Source: Gemmatimonadota bacterium
GTDB taxonomy: Bacteria > Gemmatimonadota > Gemmatimonadetes > Gemmatimonadales > GWC2-71-9
Length of the DNA: 64,000 nt
Assembly (NCBI GenBank): GCA_016713435.1
Contig: JADJPD010000003.1
Span: 282,121-346,120, forward strand
Direction of reading: 5' to 3'
Numbering within the stretch: the stretch's first letter is position 1; every line of letters starts with the position of its first letter. The position numbers and the translations under genes were made by a program. The notes under the pieces are model-generated. The model saw nothing but the letters and a program-made list of their open reading frames with translations, was not told the origin of the DNA and made no database searches. Of the stretch, positions 18,437 through 27,181 are shown one piece after another.

Positions 18437-19224
18437 GCCGGCCGGTGGCGCTCGTCACGGGCGCGTCCGGCGGGATCGGGCTGGAGCTGGCGCGCCTCGC
18501 GGCGAAGGACGGGCACGACCTGGTGCTGGTGGCGCGCACCACGCCCAAGCTCGACGAGGTGGCCAAGTACCTGACCGGGATGTACGGCATCTCGGCGCAG
18601 GTGCTCACCGCCGACCTGGCCGATTCCGCCGCGCCCCGGGCCATCGTGGACGAGCTGGCGCGCCGCGGCATCACCGGGGTGGACGTGCTGGTGAACAACG
18701 CCGGCTTCGGCGACTGGGGCCTCTTTGGCCGGGCCGACCTGGAGCGGCAGCTGGCCATGATCCAGGTGAACGTCATCGCGCTCACCGCGCTCACCCGCCT
18801 GCTGCTGCCCCCCATGGTGACGCAGCGGAAGGGCCGCATCCTCAACGTGGCGAGCACGGCGGGGTTTGCGCCGGGGCCGCTCATGGCGGTGTACTACGCC
18901 ACCAAGGCGTACGTCATCTCCTTCTCCGAGGCGATCAGCAACGAACTCGCGGGCACCGGCATCACGGTGACGGTGCTCTGCCCGGGCCCCACCCGCACCG
19001 GCTTTGCCCAGGTGGCAGGGATGGGACAGTCCAACCTGTTCAGCTCGCCCACGGTCATGGACGTGGAGCCGGTGGCGCTGGCGGGGTGGCGGGGGATGAA
19101 GCGCGGGACGGCGATGGTGGTCCCGGGGCTCCCCAACAAGCTGCTGCTCCAGGCCATCCGCATCTCCCCCCGGTGGGTGCTGCGGCGCATCACGCGGTGG
19201 TTCCAGGAAGGCCGGGCGCAGTAG
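18433..19224 (+). CDS. Short-chain dehydrogenase/reductase (SDR)
   Basis: TGASGGIGLE (cofactor motif), NNAG, and YYATKAYV (YxxxK). The GTG start overlaps the upstream stop (GTGA). Confidence 0.85.
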   Translation: MSRPVALVTGASGGIGLELARLAAKDGHDLVLVARTTPKLDEVAKYLTGMYGISAQVLTADLADSAAPRAIVDELARRGITGVDVLVNNAGFGDWGLFGRADLERQLAMIQVNVIALTALTRLLLPPMVTQRKGRILNVASTAGFAPGPLMAVYYATKAYVISFSEAISNELAGTGITVTVLCPGPTRTGFAQVAGMGQSNLFSSPTVMDVEPVALAGWRGMKRGTAMVVPGLPNKLLLQAIRISPRWVLRRITRWFQEGRAQ

Positions 19225-19246
19225 CCCTCTCCCCAAGGACGGCACC

Positions 19247-19765
19247 ATGGCACTCGCGAGCAAGCGGGTCCTGATCTTCGCGGCTCCGTACTACGAGGAG
19301 CTGGAGCTCTGGTATCCCAAGATCCGGCTGGAGGAGGAAGGGGTCCGCACCGTGGTGGCGGGCCTCGGCGAGCGGAGCTACACCGGCAAGCGCGGCAGCT
19401 ACCCGGTGACGGAGGACGCCCACGTGGACGACATGGACACCGCCGACTTCGACGGCCTCATCATCCCCGGCGGCTACGCGCCCGACATCCTCCGGCGCTC
19501 GGCCAAGGTGCTGGAGCTGACGCGCGAGTTCTTCGAGGACGGGAAGCCCATCGGCTTCATCTGCCATGCCGGCTGGGTGCCGATCTCCGCGGGGATCGTG
19601 ACGGGCCGCCGCGGCACCTCGGTGGGCGCCATCCGCGACGACCTCGAGAATGCCGGCATGATCTGGAGCGACGAGCCGGTGGTGGTGGACGGCAACCTGA
19701 TCTCGTCGCGCACGCCGGCGGACCTCGGGGCGTTCATGAAGGCGTACCTCCGCGCCCTTTCGTAA
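19247..19765 (+). CDS. DJ-1/PfpI family protein (type-1 glutamine amidotransferase-like)
   Basis: GLIIPGGYAP and a nucleophile elbow ICHAGW. Confidence 0.85.
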   Translation: MALASKRVLIFAAPYYEELELWYPKIRLEEEGVRTVVAGLGERSYTGKRGSYPVTEDAHVDDMDTADFDGLIIPGGYAPDILRRSAKVLELTREFFEDGKPIGFICHAGWVPISAGIVTGRRGTSVGAIRDDLENAGMIWSDEPVVVDGNLISSRTPADLGAFMKAYLRALS

Positions 19766-19817
19766 TCACGCCCCCCATTTGGAAGGCGCGGTCCTAGGGC
19801 CGCGCTTGCGAGATCGT

Positions 19818-20147
19818 ATGTCGTTGAGAGAATGCCAGGCGCGGGTGGACGGGTGGATCGCGCAGTTCGAGGAGGGCTATTTCCACCCCCTCACCAACCT
19901 CTGCCGGCTCTCGGAAGAGGTCGGCGAGCTGGCGCGCGAGGTGAACCACCGCTTCGGGCAGAAGACCAAGAAGAAGGATGAAGCCGACGGGGACATGGCC
20001 ATGGAGATGGCCGACATCCTCTTCGTGCTCATCTGCATGGCCAACCGCGAGGGCATCGACCTCGAGGCGGCCTTCGAACGGATGATGGCCAAGGTGGAGC
20101 GGCGCGACGCCGACCGCTGGACACGCAAGCCGGAGGGAACCGCGTGA
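19818..20147 (+). CDS. MazG-like nucleotide pyrophosphohydrolase (small all-alpha NTP-PPase)
   Basis: SEEVGELAREV (EExGE) and EMADILFVLI (ExxD) motifs. The stop overlaps the kinase GTG start (GTGA at 20144-20147). Confidence 0.8.
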   Translation: MSLRECQARVDGWIAQFEEGYFHPLTNLCRLSEEVGELAREVNHRFGQKTKKKDEADGDMAMEMADILFVLICMANREGIDLEAAFERMMAKVERRDADRWTRKPEGTA

Positions 20148-23014
20148 GCGACACGATTCTGGAGCGCCTGCGGGCGGCGCTCGGGGAGCGCTACACCATC
20201 GACCGCCAGGTGGGCCAGGGCGGGATGGCCACGGTGTACGGCGCCACCGACCGCAAGCACAACCGCCAGGTGGCCATCAAGGTGCTCCGCCCGGAGCTGG
20301 CGGCCACCATCGGCGGCGACCGCTTCCTGCGCGAGATCGAGGTCTCGGCCCGGCTGCAGCACCCGCACATCGTGCCGCTGTACGACTCGGGCGACGCGGG
20401 CGGGGTGCTCTACTACGTGATGCCCTTCGTCACCGGCGAGTCGCTCCGCGACCGGCTCACGCGCGACGGCAAGATCCCCTTCGAGGAAGCCGTGGCCCTG
20501 CTCCGGCAGATGGCGAGCGCGCTGGCGTACGCGCACCAGCAGGGCATCATCCACCGCGACATCAAGCCCGAGAACGTCCTCCTCTCCAACGGCGTCGCCG
20601 TGGTGGCCGACTTCGGCATCGCGCGCGCGCTGCGCGCCGCGAGCGAAGGCTCCATGACGGGGCTCGGCTTCGCCATCGGGACGCCGGCCTACATGAGCCC
20701 CGAGCAGGCTACCGCCAGCGACATCGACGAGCGGAGCGACCAGTACTCGCTGGCCTGCGTCTTCTACGAGATGGTGACGGGTGCCGCCCCCTTCGCGGCG
20801 CCCACCATGCAGGCGGTGCTCACCAAGAGCCTCTCGGGCCCGCGGCCCAGGCTCAGCAAGGTGGCCCGCACCACGCCGGCCGAGGCCGATGCGCCGGTCA
20901 CCCGGGCCCTCGCCGCCGACCCGAAGGACCGCTACGCCACCGTCACCGACTTCGCCGCCGCGCTCGAGCGCGCCGCCGGCGGCGGCAGCGGCGCCGTGGC
21001 GGAGCGCACCCGGCTCAAGCGGCTGGTGGTGGGGCTGCCCGTTGCGGTGGCGGCCATCGCGCTGGCGGTGTTCGCGCTCCTGCCGCGCGGCGGCAGCGTG
21101 GTGCGCGGGGCCGAGTCCATGGTGGTGCTGCCCTTCAACGCCACCGGGCCCGGCGTGGACGTGCTGGGCGAGGGGATGGTGGACCTCCTCACCACCAACC
21201 TGAACGCCGTGGGCGGCATCCGCGCCGTGGAGCCGCGCGCCGTGCTGGCGCGGCTCAAGAAGGAGGGCGCCCCCGCCGACGTGGAAGGCGCGCTCCGTTT
21301 TGCCGGGGCACTCAAGGCCAACTCGGTGGTGATGGGCAGCATCGTGGCCACGGGAAGCCGGGTGCGGGTCTCGGCCGACCTCTACGGCCCCGAGGGGACG
21401 AGCCTGGCGCGGGCGCAGGTGGATGGCGCCGCCGACTCGGTGCTCCAGCTGGTGGACCAGCTGAGCCTGTCGCTGGTGCGCGAGATCTGGCGTTCCAAGG
21501 AGCCGGTACCCAACCTGCGGGTCACCGGCCTCACCACCAACTCGCTCGCCGCCATGCGTGAGTACCTGACGGGCGAGCAGTTCTATCGCCGCGCCATGTG
21601 GGAGTCGGCGCAGGCGGCGTTCGGGCGGGCCATCGAGGACGACACGACGTTCGCGCTGGCGCACTACCGGCTGGCGATGGCGCTCGGCTGGAAAGGCGGC
21701 TACGGCTCGCTCCGGGCCGACAGCGCGAGCGCCGCGGCGCTCCGCATGGCCAGCCGGTTGCCGCCCCGGGAACGGACGCTGGTCGCCGCCTACCGGCTGT
21801 TCTCCCAGGGCCGGCTCGCCGCCTCGGACAGCATGCGGGCCTACCTGCGCGAGCACCCGGACGACCTCGACGCCTGGTACCTCCTGGGCGAGTCGCAGTA
21901 CCATAGCAAGCATCTGACGGGCCAGGGACCGGCCGCGCTCCGCGAGCCCTTCGACCGGGTGCTCGCGGCCGACTCGACCCTCACCCCCGCCGCCATCCAT
22001 CCGCTCGAGACCGCCATCGCCCAGGGCGACTCGATCGGCTTCCAGCGCTACCTGCGCCTCTTCCGTTCCGGTGCCGACTCCGCGGCCGTGCGCGGCTACG
22101 AGGTGGCCGGCGCGATGGCCTTCGCCGGGCTGGTCCCCGACTCGGCGACGGCCAGCGCCCTTGGAAACACCATGGGCGCCGCGATGTCGATCTACTCCGG
22201 AGCCTTCGCTGGGCCAGGCACCACCGGGGACACGGTGCTGGCGCGCTACGAACGCCTCACAACGGCGCTCAGGCCGGAGATGACACCCCCGGTGCGGCTG
22301 CAGCTTGCCGCCGGGCGCGGACTGATCCTGCTCGGCCTCGGCCGGTTCGCCGCGGCGACCGCCTTCAACGACACCCTGGTCGAACTCTCGCGGGACCAGG
22401 CCGGCGGTATCCGGCTCTTCCCGCACGTGATGGGCTATGCCGCCCCGGGCTACGAGGAGGCCTGGATCGCGAACTTCCTCAGCGCCCCGGTGCGAAGCCC
22501 CTTCCAGGGCACGTTTGCGGCCCTCATCCTGCTCAACCGGGGCGAAACCGGGCGTGCCGGCCGATTGCTGGACAGCCTGCAGCGTGACACCACCGCCATG
22601 CCTCCGTTCCTGCGAGGTGCGCTGGAGGCGGCCCAAGGCATCCGCCGGCTGGACGAGGGCGATACCACGCGGGCCATCCGGGAGCTCGAGTCGGGGATCG
22701 AACGGGTGGGCAACAACATGATGTTCAACACCGCCGCCCGCCTGCGGCTCGGGGCGGCACTGGCCGCCCGGCCGGCCACGCAGGAAAAGGGCCTGGGGCT
22801 GTTACGGAATGCCTTCGTCGGCGACATCGGCCTGCAGCCGATCGCGGCGTACCAACTGGGGCGGACTGCCGAGGCTGTGGGCCGGCGAGACCTGGCGATG
22901 GAGGGTTACAGCCAGTTCCTGCGCCTCTGGAACAAGGCCGATCCCGCTGTGCAGCCCCGGGTGGAAGAGGCCCGGGCCGCGTTGGCCCGGCTTACCGCCG
23001 AGGGGGCGAAGTAG
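20144..23014 (+). CDS. Ser/Thr protein kinase with TM segment and large extracytoplasmic/TPR-like sensor region (956 aa)
   Basis: GQGGMATVY, AIKVL, HRDIKPENVLL, DFGIA and SPEQ. A TM segment (LVVGLPVAVAAIALAVFALL) is followed by VVLPFNATG... and helical repeats. Confidence 0.9.
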   Translation: MSDTILERLRAALGERYTIDRQVGQGGMATVYGATDRKHNRQVAIKVLRPELAATIGGDRFLREIEVSARLQHPHIVPLYDSGDAGGVLYYVMPFVTGESLRDRLTRDGKIPFEEAVALLRQMASALAYAHQQGIIHRDIKPENVLLSNGVAVVADFGIARALRAASEGSMTGLGFAIGTPAYMSPEQATASDIDERSDQYSLACVFYEMVTGAAPFAAPTMQAVLTKSLSGPRPRLSKVARTTPAEADAPVTRALAADPKDRYATVTDFAAALERAAGGGSGAVAERTRLKRLVVGLPVAVAAIALAVFALLPRGGSVVRGAESMVVLPFNATGPGVDVLGEGMVDLLTTNLNAVGGIRAVEPRAVLARLKKEGAPADVEGALRFAGALKANSVVMGSIVATGSRVRVSADLYGPEGTSLARAQVDGAADSVLQLVDQLSLSLVREIWRSKEPVPNLRVTGLTTNSLAAMREYLTGEQFYRRAMWESAQAAFGRAIEDDTTFALAHYRLAMALGWKGGYGSLRADSASAAALRMASRLPPRERTLVAAYRLFSQGRLAASDSMRAYLREHPDDLDAWYLLGESQYHSKHLTGQGPAALREPFDRVLAADSTLTPAAIHPLETAIAQGDSIGFQRYLRLFRSGADSAAVRGYEVAGAMAFAGLVPDSATASALGNTMGAAMSIYSGAFAGPGTTGDTVLARYERLTTALRPEMTPPVRLQLAAGRGLILLGLGRFAAATAFNDTLVELSRDQAGGIRLFPHVMGYAAPGYEEAWIANFLSAPVRSPFQGTFAALILLNRGETGRAGRLLDSLQRDTTAMPPFLRGALEAAQGIRRLDEGDTTRAIRELESGIERVGNNMMFNTAARLRLGAALAARPATQEKGLGLLRNAFVGDIGLQPIAAYQLGRTAEAVGRRDLAMEGYSQFLRLWNKADPAVQPRVEEARAALARLTAEGAK

Positions 23015-23015
23015 C

Positions 23016-23915
23016 TTACTCCCAGTCCGCCGGCATCTCGGCCAGTTCGCTGAGGAGGGCCTTGTAGCTGGCGTGACGGTCGGGGGAGACGGTGCCCGCC
23101 TTCACCGCCGCGAGCACCTGGCACCCCGGCTCGTGCACGTGACTGCAGTCGGGGAAGCGGCAGGTCTCCGCCAGCGGGCGGAACTCCGGGAAGCAGTGCG
23201 CCAGCTCCACGGGATCGAGGCCCCAGAGCCCCACCTCGCTGAAGCCCGGCGTGTCCACGATGAACCCGCCGCCGCCGAGCGGCACCATGACGGCGCCGGT
23301 GGTGGTGTGGGTGCCCCGGCGGACCTTCTCGCTGATCTCGCCCACCCGGAGCCGGAGGCCCGGCTCCAGCGCATTCAGCAGGCTCGACTTCCCCGCCCCG
23401 CTCGGCCCCGTCACCACGCTCTCCTGCCCCTGCAGCGCCGCGCGGAGCTCCTCGAGCCCCGCGCCCGTCTTCACGCTGGTGCAGTGCACCGGGTAGCCGG
23501 CGCGCCGCAGCCGTTCCGCCAGCTCCACTCCTGCCGCCAGGTCCACCTTGTTCAGGACCACGCGCGCCGGGATCTGGTTGGCCTCGGCCACCACCAGCAG
23601 GCGGTCCACCAGCTGGGGGATGGGCTCGGGGTCCCGGGTGGCGGTGACCACGATGACCTGGTCGGGGTTGGCCACCACGGGGCGGTGCCCGCGCCCCTCG
23701 GGGACGCGGCGGGCGAGCAGGCTCTTCCGCTCCTCGACGGCGGCAATCCCCAGCGTGCCGGCGGCGTCGCCCGCGTCCAGCTGGACCCGGTCGCCGACGA
23801 CGAGCTTGGGCATGTCGCGCTTCATCTTGCCGCGGAGCACGGCGCGCACCTCGCCGTCCGCGGTGAGGATGCGGTAGACGCTGCCGTCGCGCTCCAGGAT
23901 GGTGCCGGTCACCAT
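23016..23915 (-). CDS. rsgA: Ribosome small-subunit-dependent GTPase A
   Basis: Circularly permuted GTPase order LNKVDL ... GPSGAGKSSLLNAL, plus the Zn knuckle CRFPDCSHVHEPGC. Confidence 0.9.
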   Translation of the reverse strand: MVTGTILERDGSVYRILTADGEVRAVLRGKMKRDMPKLVVGDRVQLDAGDAAGTLGIAAVEERKSLLARRVPEGRGHRPVVANPDQVIVVTATRDPEPIPQLVDRLLVVAEANQIPARVVLNKVDLAAGVELAERLRRAGYPVHCTSVKTGAGLEELRAALQGQESVVTGPSGAGKSSLLNALEPGLRLRVGEISEKVRRGTHTTTGAVMVPLGGGGFIVDTPGFSEVGLWGLDPVELAHCFPEFRPLAETCRFPDCSHVHEPGCQVLAAVKAGTVSPDRHASYKALLSELAEMPADWE

Positions 23916-24223
23916 GGGCTGGGCGCCGCCGTGATGGCCTTGTCGAGCTCGGCCTTCACGTCGTAGAGGGAGAGGGCCTCGAGGCGCGCCTGGGCGTCCT
24001 CCGGGGTGAGCGCCCAGACCAGGACGGGGGATTCCACGTGGCCCACGGGGCGGTCCCCGCCCCCGGCCCAGCGCACGAAAATGAGCGAGGCCGCGAAGCG
24101 GCCCCGCGCATCGGCCTCCTCCTCGACGTAGAGCCCCACGCTGTACGGCTGGCCGTCGCTGCCGGTGAAGGCCGCGGCGCGCTCGTGGCGCGCCATGTAG
24201 CCGCCGAGGGTGAGGTCGTCCAT
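23909..24223 (-). CDS. Hypothetical protein (104 aa)
   Basis: It starts 5 nt after the proline dehydrogenase stop, and its 3' end overlaps the rsgA start by 7 nt. Coding-like position-3 bias. I recognise no family. Confidence 0.5.
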   Translation of the reverse strand: MDDLTLGGYMARHERAAAFTGSDGQPYSVGLYVEEEADARGRFAASLIFVRWAGGGDRPVGHVESPVLVWALTPEDAQARLEALSLYDVKAELDKAITAAPSPW

Positions 24224-24228
24224 GCGGC

Positions 24229-25158
24229 CTAGCGGCCCACCGCCTCCTTCACCACGTTCCCCATGATGAAGGCGATGTTGGCGGGCCGCTCGGCGAGCCG
24301 GCGCATGAGGTAGGGGTACCACTGGGTGCCGAAGGGCACGTAGACCCGCATGTTGTAGCCGCCGCCGCGGAGCTGGTCCTGCAGGTCGCGCCGGACGCCG
24401 TAGAGCATCTGGAACTCGAAGCGCGACGGGTCGATCTTCTGCTGCGCGGCGAAGGCCTTGGCCCGCTCCAGGATCACCTGGTCGTGGGTGGCGAGGCCCG
24501 GGTAGTTGCCCCGCTCCATCAGCCGCTCCATGAGCATGACGTAGTTCTTGTCCACGTCGGCCTTGTCGGGGAAGGCCACGTCGGCCGGCTCGAGGTACGC
24601 GCCCTTGCAGAGGCGGACGCGGACGCCCTTCTCGATGAGCAGGTCCACGTCGGCGGCGGAGCGGCGGAGGGCGGACTGGATCACCACGCCCACGGTGTTG
24701 CCGAAGGTGGGATGGAGCTTCTGGTAGAAGAAGTCCAGCGTACGCTGGGTGTAGGCCGAGCTCTCCATGTCCAGCCGGACGAAGGAGCCGTGCGCCTTGG
24801 CCTTGTCGAGGATGGCCGACATATTGGCGAGGCACAGGTCCTCGCTGATGTCGAAGCCCATCTGGGTGAGCTTCACCGACACGTTGCTCTGGACCCCGGC
24901 CTTCGCGATGGCGTCGAGCATCTGCAGGTAGGTGTCCCGGGCGGCGGCGGCCTGGCCGGCCTCGGTGATGCTCTCCCCCAGGAGATCCAGCGTGGCGGTG
25001 ATCTTCCGGCCATTCAGGTCCCGGGCGGCCTGCACCGCCGAGTCGATGGTCTCCCCCGCCACGAACCGGTGGGCAAACTTCCGGGCCAGCGGATTCCCCC
25101 GGACGAAGCGGAAGACCTGCTTCTGCTCGGAGAGCCAGAGGAGACTGTGACGCATCAT
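24229..25158 (-). CDS. Proline dehydrogenase (monofunctional)
   Basis: TLDLLGE, VSVKLTQMG, VRLDMESS, RLCKGAY and YVPFG are typical of the PutA-type TIM-barrel domain. The start is set at MMRHS; upstream in-frame codons up to 25221 are possible. Confidence 0.85.
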   Translation of the reverse strand: MMRHSLLWLSEQKQVFRFVRGNPLARKFAHRFVAGETIDSAVQAARDLNGRKITATLDLLGESITEAGQAAAARDTYLQMLDAIAKAGVQSNVSVKLTQMGFDISEDLCLANMSAILDKAKAHGSFVRLDMESSAYTQRTLDFFYQKLHPTFGNTVGVVIQSALRRSAADVDLLIEKGVRVRLCKGAYLEPADVAFPDKADVDKNYVMLMERLMERGNYPGLATHDQVILERAKAFAAQQKIDPSRFEFQMLYGVRRDLQDQLRGGGYNMRVYVPFGTQWYPYLMRRLAERPANIAFIMGNVVKEAVGR

Positions 25159-25223
25159 GGCGGACGTTCCTGGGATGAGGCTGGAGAGCGGCAACCTAAA
25201 CCCCGACGGAGGGGGGCTCAAGC

Positions 25224-25973
25224 GTGAATATTGATGCAGGCCGGGGGGCCACCCGGATCGCCATGTGGAGCGGGCCCCGCAACATCTCCACGGCCATGAT
25301 GCGGGCCTGGGAGAACCGCCCCGACAGCTGGGTGGTGGACGAGCCGCTCTACGCCCACTACCTCACCCAGGTGGCGGTGACCCATCCCGGCGTGGACGAG
25401 GTCATCGCCAGCCAGGAGAACGACTGGGAGAAGGTGGTGGCCTGGCTCACCGGCCCCGTCCCGGAGGGGCGGGCGATCTGGTACCAGAAGCACATGGCCC
25501 ACCACTGGCTGCCCCACCTGCGGGGCCCGTGGCTCTTCCAGCTCACCAACGCCTTCCTGATCCGCCACCCGGCGGAGATGCTGCCGAGCCTCGTGGCCAA
25601 GATGGGGCCGCCGGTGCTCCGGGACACGGGGCTGCCGCAGCAGGTGGAGCTGTTCGAGGCGGTGCGCGCCCGCACCGGGGTGACGCCGCCGGTGCTCGAC
25701 ACCGAGGACGTGCTGCAGGACCCGCGCGGGGTCCTCGCGCGGTTCTGCGCTGAGGTGGGGGTGTCGTTCGACGAGCGGATGCTGTCCTGGCCTCCGGGCC
25801 GCCGGGCCACCGACGGCGTCTGGGCCAAGCACTGGTACGAGGCCGTCGAGCGCTCCACCGGCTTCGAGCCTTACCGCCCGCGCTCGCGCACGGTGCCGGC
25901 TGAACTCGAGCCGCTGCTGGCGGAGTGCATGCCGTTGTACGAGGAACTGCGGCGGTACCGGCTGGTGGCGTGA
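25224..25973 (+). CDS. Sulfotransferase-fold (P-loop-like) protein of unknown specificity
   Basis: The N-terminal RIAMWSGPRNISTAMMR followed by DEPLYAHYL is the signature I associate with a sulfotransferase-like family. The start could be GTG 25224 or ATG 25263. Confidence 0.6.
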   Translation: MNIDAGRGATRIAMWSGPRNISTAMMRAWENRPDSWVVDEPLYAHYLTQVAVTHPGVDEVIASQENDWEKVVAWLTGPVPEGRAIWYQKHMAHHWLPHLRGPWLFQLTNAFLIRHPAEMLPSLVAKMGPPVLRDTGLPQQVELFEAVRARTGVTPPVLDTEDVLQDPRGVLARFCAEVGVSFDERMLSWPPGRRATDGVWAKHWYEAVERSTGFEPYRPRSRTVPAELEPLLAECMPLYEELRRYRLVA

Positions 25974-25984
25974 GGCTGGCTGTT

Positions 25985-26227
25985 GGTGTGACTCAACGCA
26001 GAGGCGCAGAGGACGCGGAGGGCCGCAGAGGAGCTGCGTGACCGTGGTTGGCCCGCCGGAAGGGGGCTGTCGTGATCTTGGTGGGTGTATGTTTGGGTCC
26101 AGCAGCGGACCCCACCGACCGCGGAACCCCACCACAAGACCACGCGGACTCACGGTGCCACGCCGCCATCCGCGCGCAGTTCCTCCGTGCCCTCTGCGTT
26201 CTCCGCGCCTCTGCGTTGAGTCACACC
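25985..26227. repeat. Palindromic intergenic element, copy 2
   Basis: Arms 25985-26038 (ggtgtgactcaacgcagaggcgcagaggacgcggagggccgcagaggagctgcg) and 26173-26227 are inverted repeats. The arm core matches copies 1 and 3. Confidence 0.85.
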
Positions 26228-26281
26228 GGAACCCGGCCCAGGCACCGCCACGCGGCGACGCCCCGAACCAAGGATCGAACC

Positions 26282-27181
26282 ATGCTGCAGCAGTTCAACG
26301 AGAAGAACCGCGACCTGATCGTCAACATCAACGGCAGGCTCGTCCACCGCGACGAGGCCGGGGTGAGCCCGTTCGACTCGGCCGTGCAGGGTGGCGACGC
26401 GGTGTGGGAGGGGCTCCGGGTGTACGAGGGGCGCATCTTCCGCCTCACCGAGCACCTCGACCGCCTGCGCGACTCGGCCAAGGCGCTCGCCTTCGCGGTG
26501 ATCCCCTCCCACGAGGCGATCACGGCCGAGATCCGGAAGACGCTCGCCGCCAACCAGATGCGGGATGGTGTGCACATCCGGCTCACGCTCACCCGCGGCG
26601 TGAAGGTGACGTCGGGGATGGACCCGCGGCTCAACCAGGGCGGCCCCACGCTCATCGTGCTGGCCGAGCACAAGCCGCCGGTCTACGGGACGCATGGGCT
26701 CTCGCTGGTGACGGTGTCCATCCGCCGCTTCCCGCCCGACTGCATGGACCCCAAGATCCACCACTGCAACCTGATCCAGTCCATCCTGGCCAAGCTCGAG
26801 GCCAACGTGGCCGGCGCCGACGACGCGCTGATGCTCGACACCCGCGGCTTCATCGCCGAGACCAACGCGACGCACCTCTTCTTCGTGGAGAAGGGGCTGG
26901 TGCGCACCAGCCGCACCGTCGCGTGCCCCGAGGGGATCACGCGCTCGGTGGTGCTCGAGCTCTGCCGGCAGCACGGCATCCCCCACGAAGTGACGGACCT
27001 CTCGCTCACCGAGGCCTACCGGGCGGAGGAAGCGTTCTGCACCGGCACCATGGGAGAGCTGGCGGCCGTGACGACGATCGACGGCCGCACCATCGGGAGC
27101 GGCAGCGTGGGGCCGATGACGCAGCGGCTCACGGGGCTCTTCCGGGAGCTTACGGCGCGGGAAGGGACCGTCGTGGCCTGA
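26282..27181 (+). CDS. Class IV PLP aminotransferase (branched-chain / D-amino-acid aminotransferase family)
   Basis: Catalytic Lys context DPKIHHCNLIQSILAKLEA, FIAETNATHLFFV (E-x-x-x-N-x-F) and EAFCTGT. Confidence 0.85.
   Translation: MLQQFNEKNRDLIVNINGRLVHRDEAGVSPFDSAVQGGDAVWEGLRVYEGRIFRLTEHLDRLRDSAKALAFAVIPSHEAITAEIRKTLAANQMRDGVHIRLTLTRGVKVTSGMDPRLNQGGPTLIVLAEHKPPVYGTHGLSLVTVSIRRFPPDCMDPKIHHCNLIQSILAKLEANVAGADDALMLDTRGFIAETNATHLFFVEKGLVRTSRTVACPEGITRSVVLELCRQHGIPHEVTDLSLTEAYRAEEAFCTGTMGELAAVTTIDGRTIGSGSVGPMTQRLTGLFRELTAREGTVVA

Noticed and set aside
19766-19817. Imperfect hairpin aaggcgcggtcc-ta-gggccgcgctt between pfpI and the MazG-like gene, as a terminator or attenuator.
   Set aside because: The stem needs a bulge or mismatch and there is no U-tract. 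The genes are only 52 nt apart on the same strand, so it is too weak to call.
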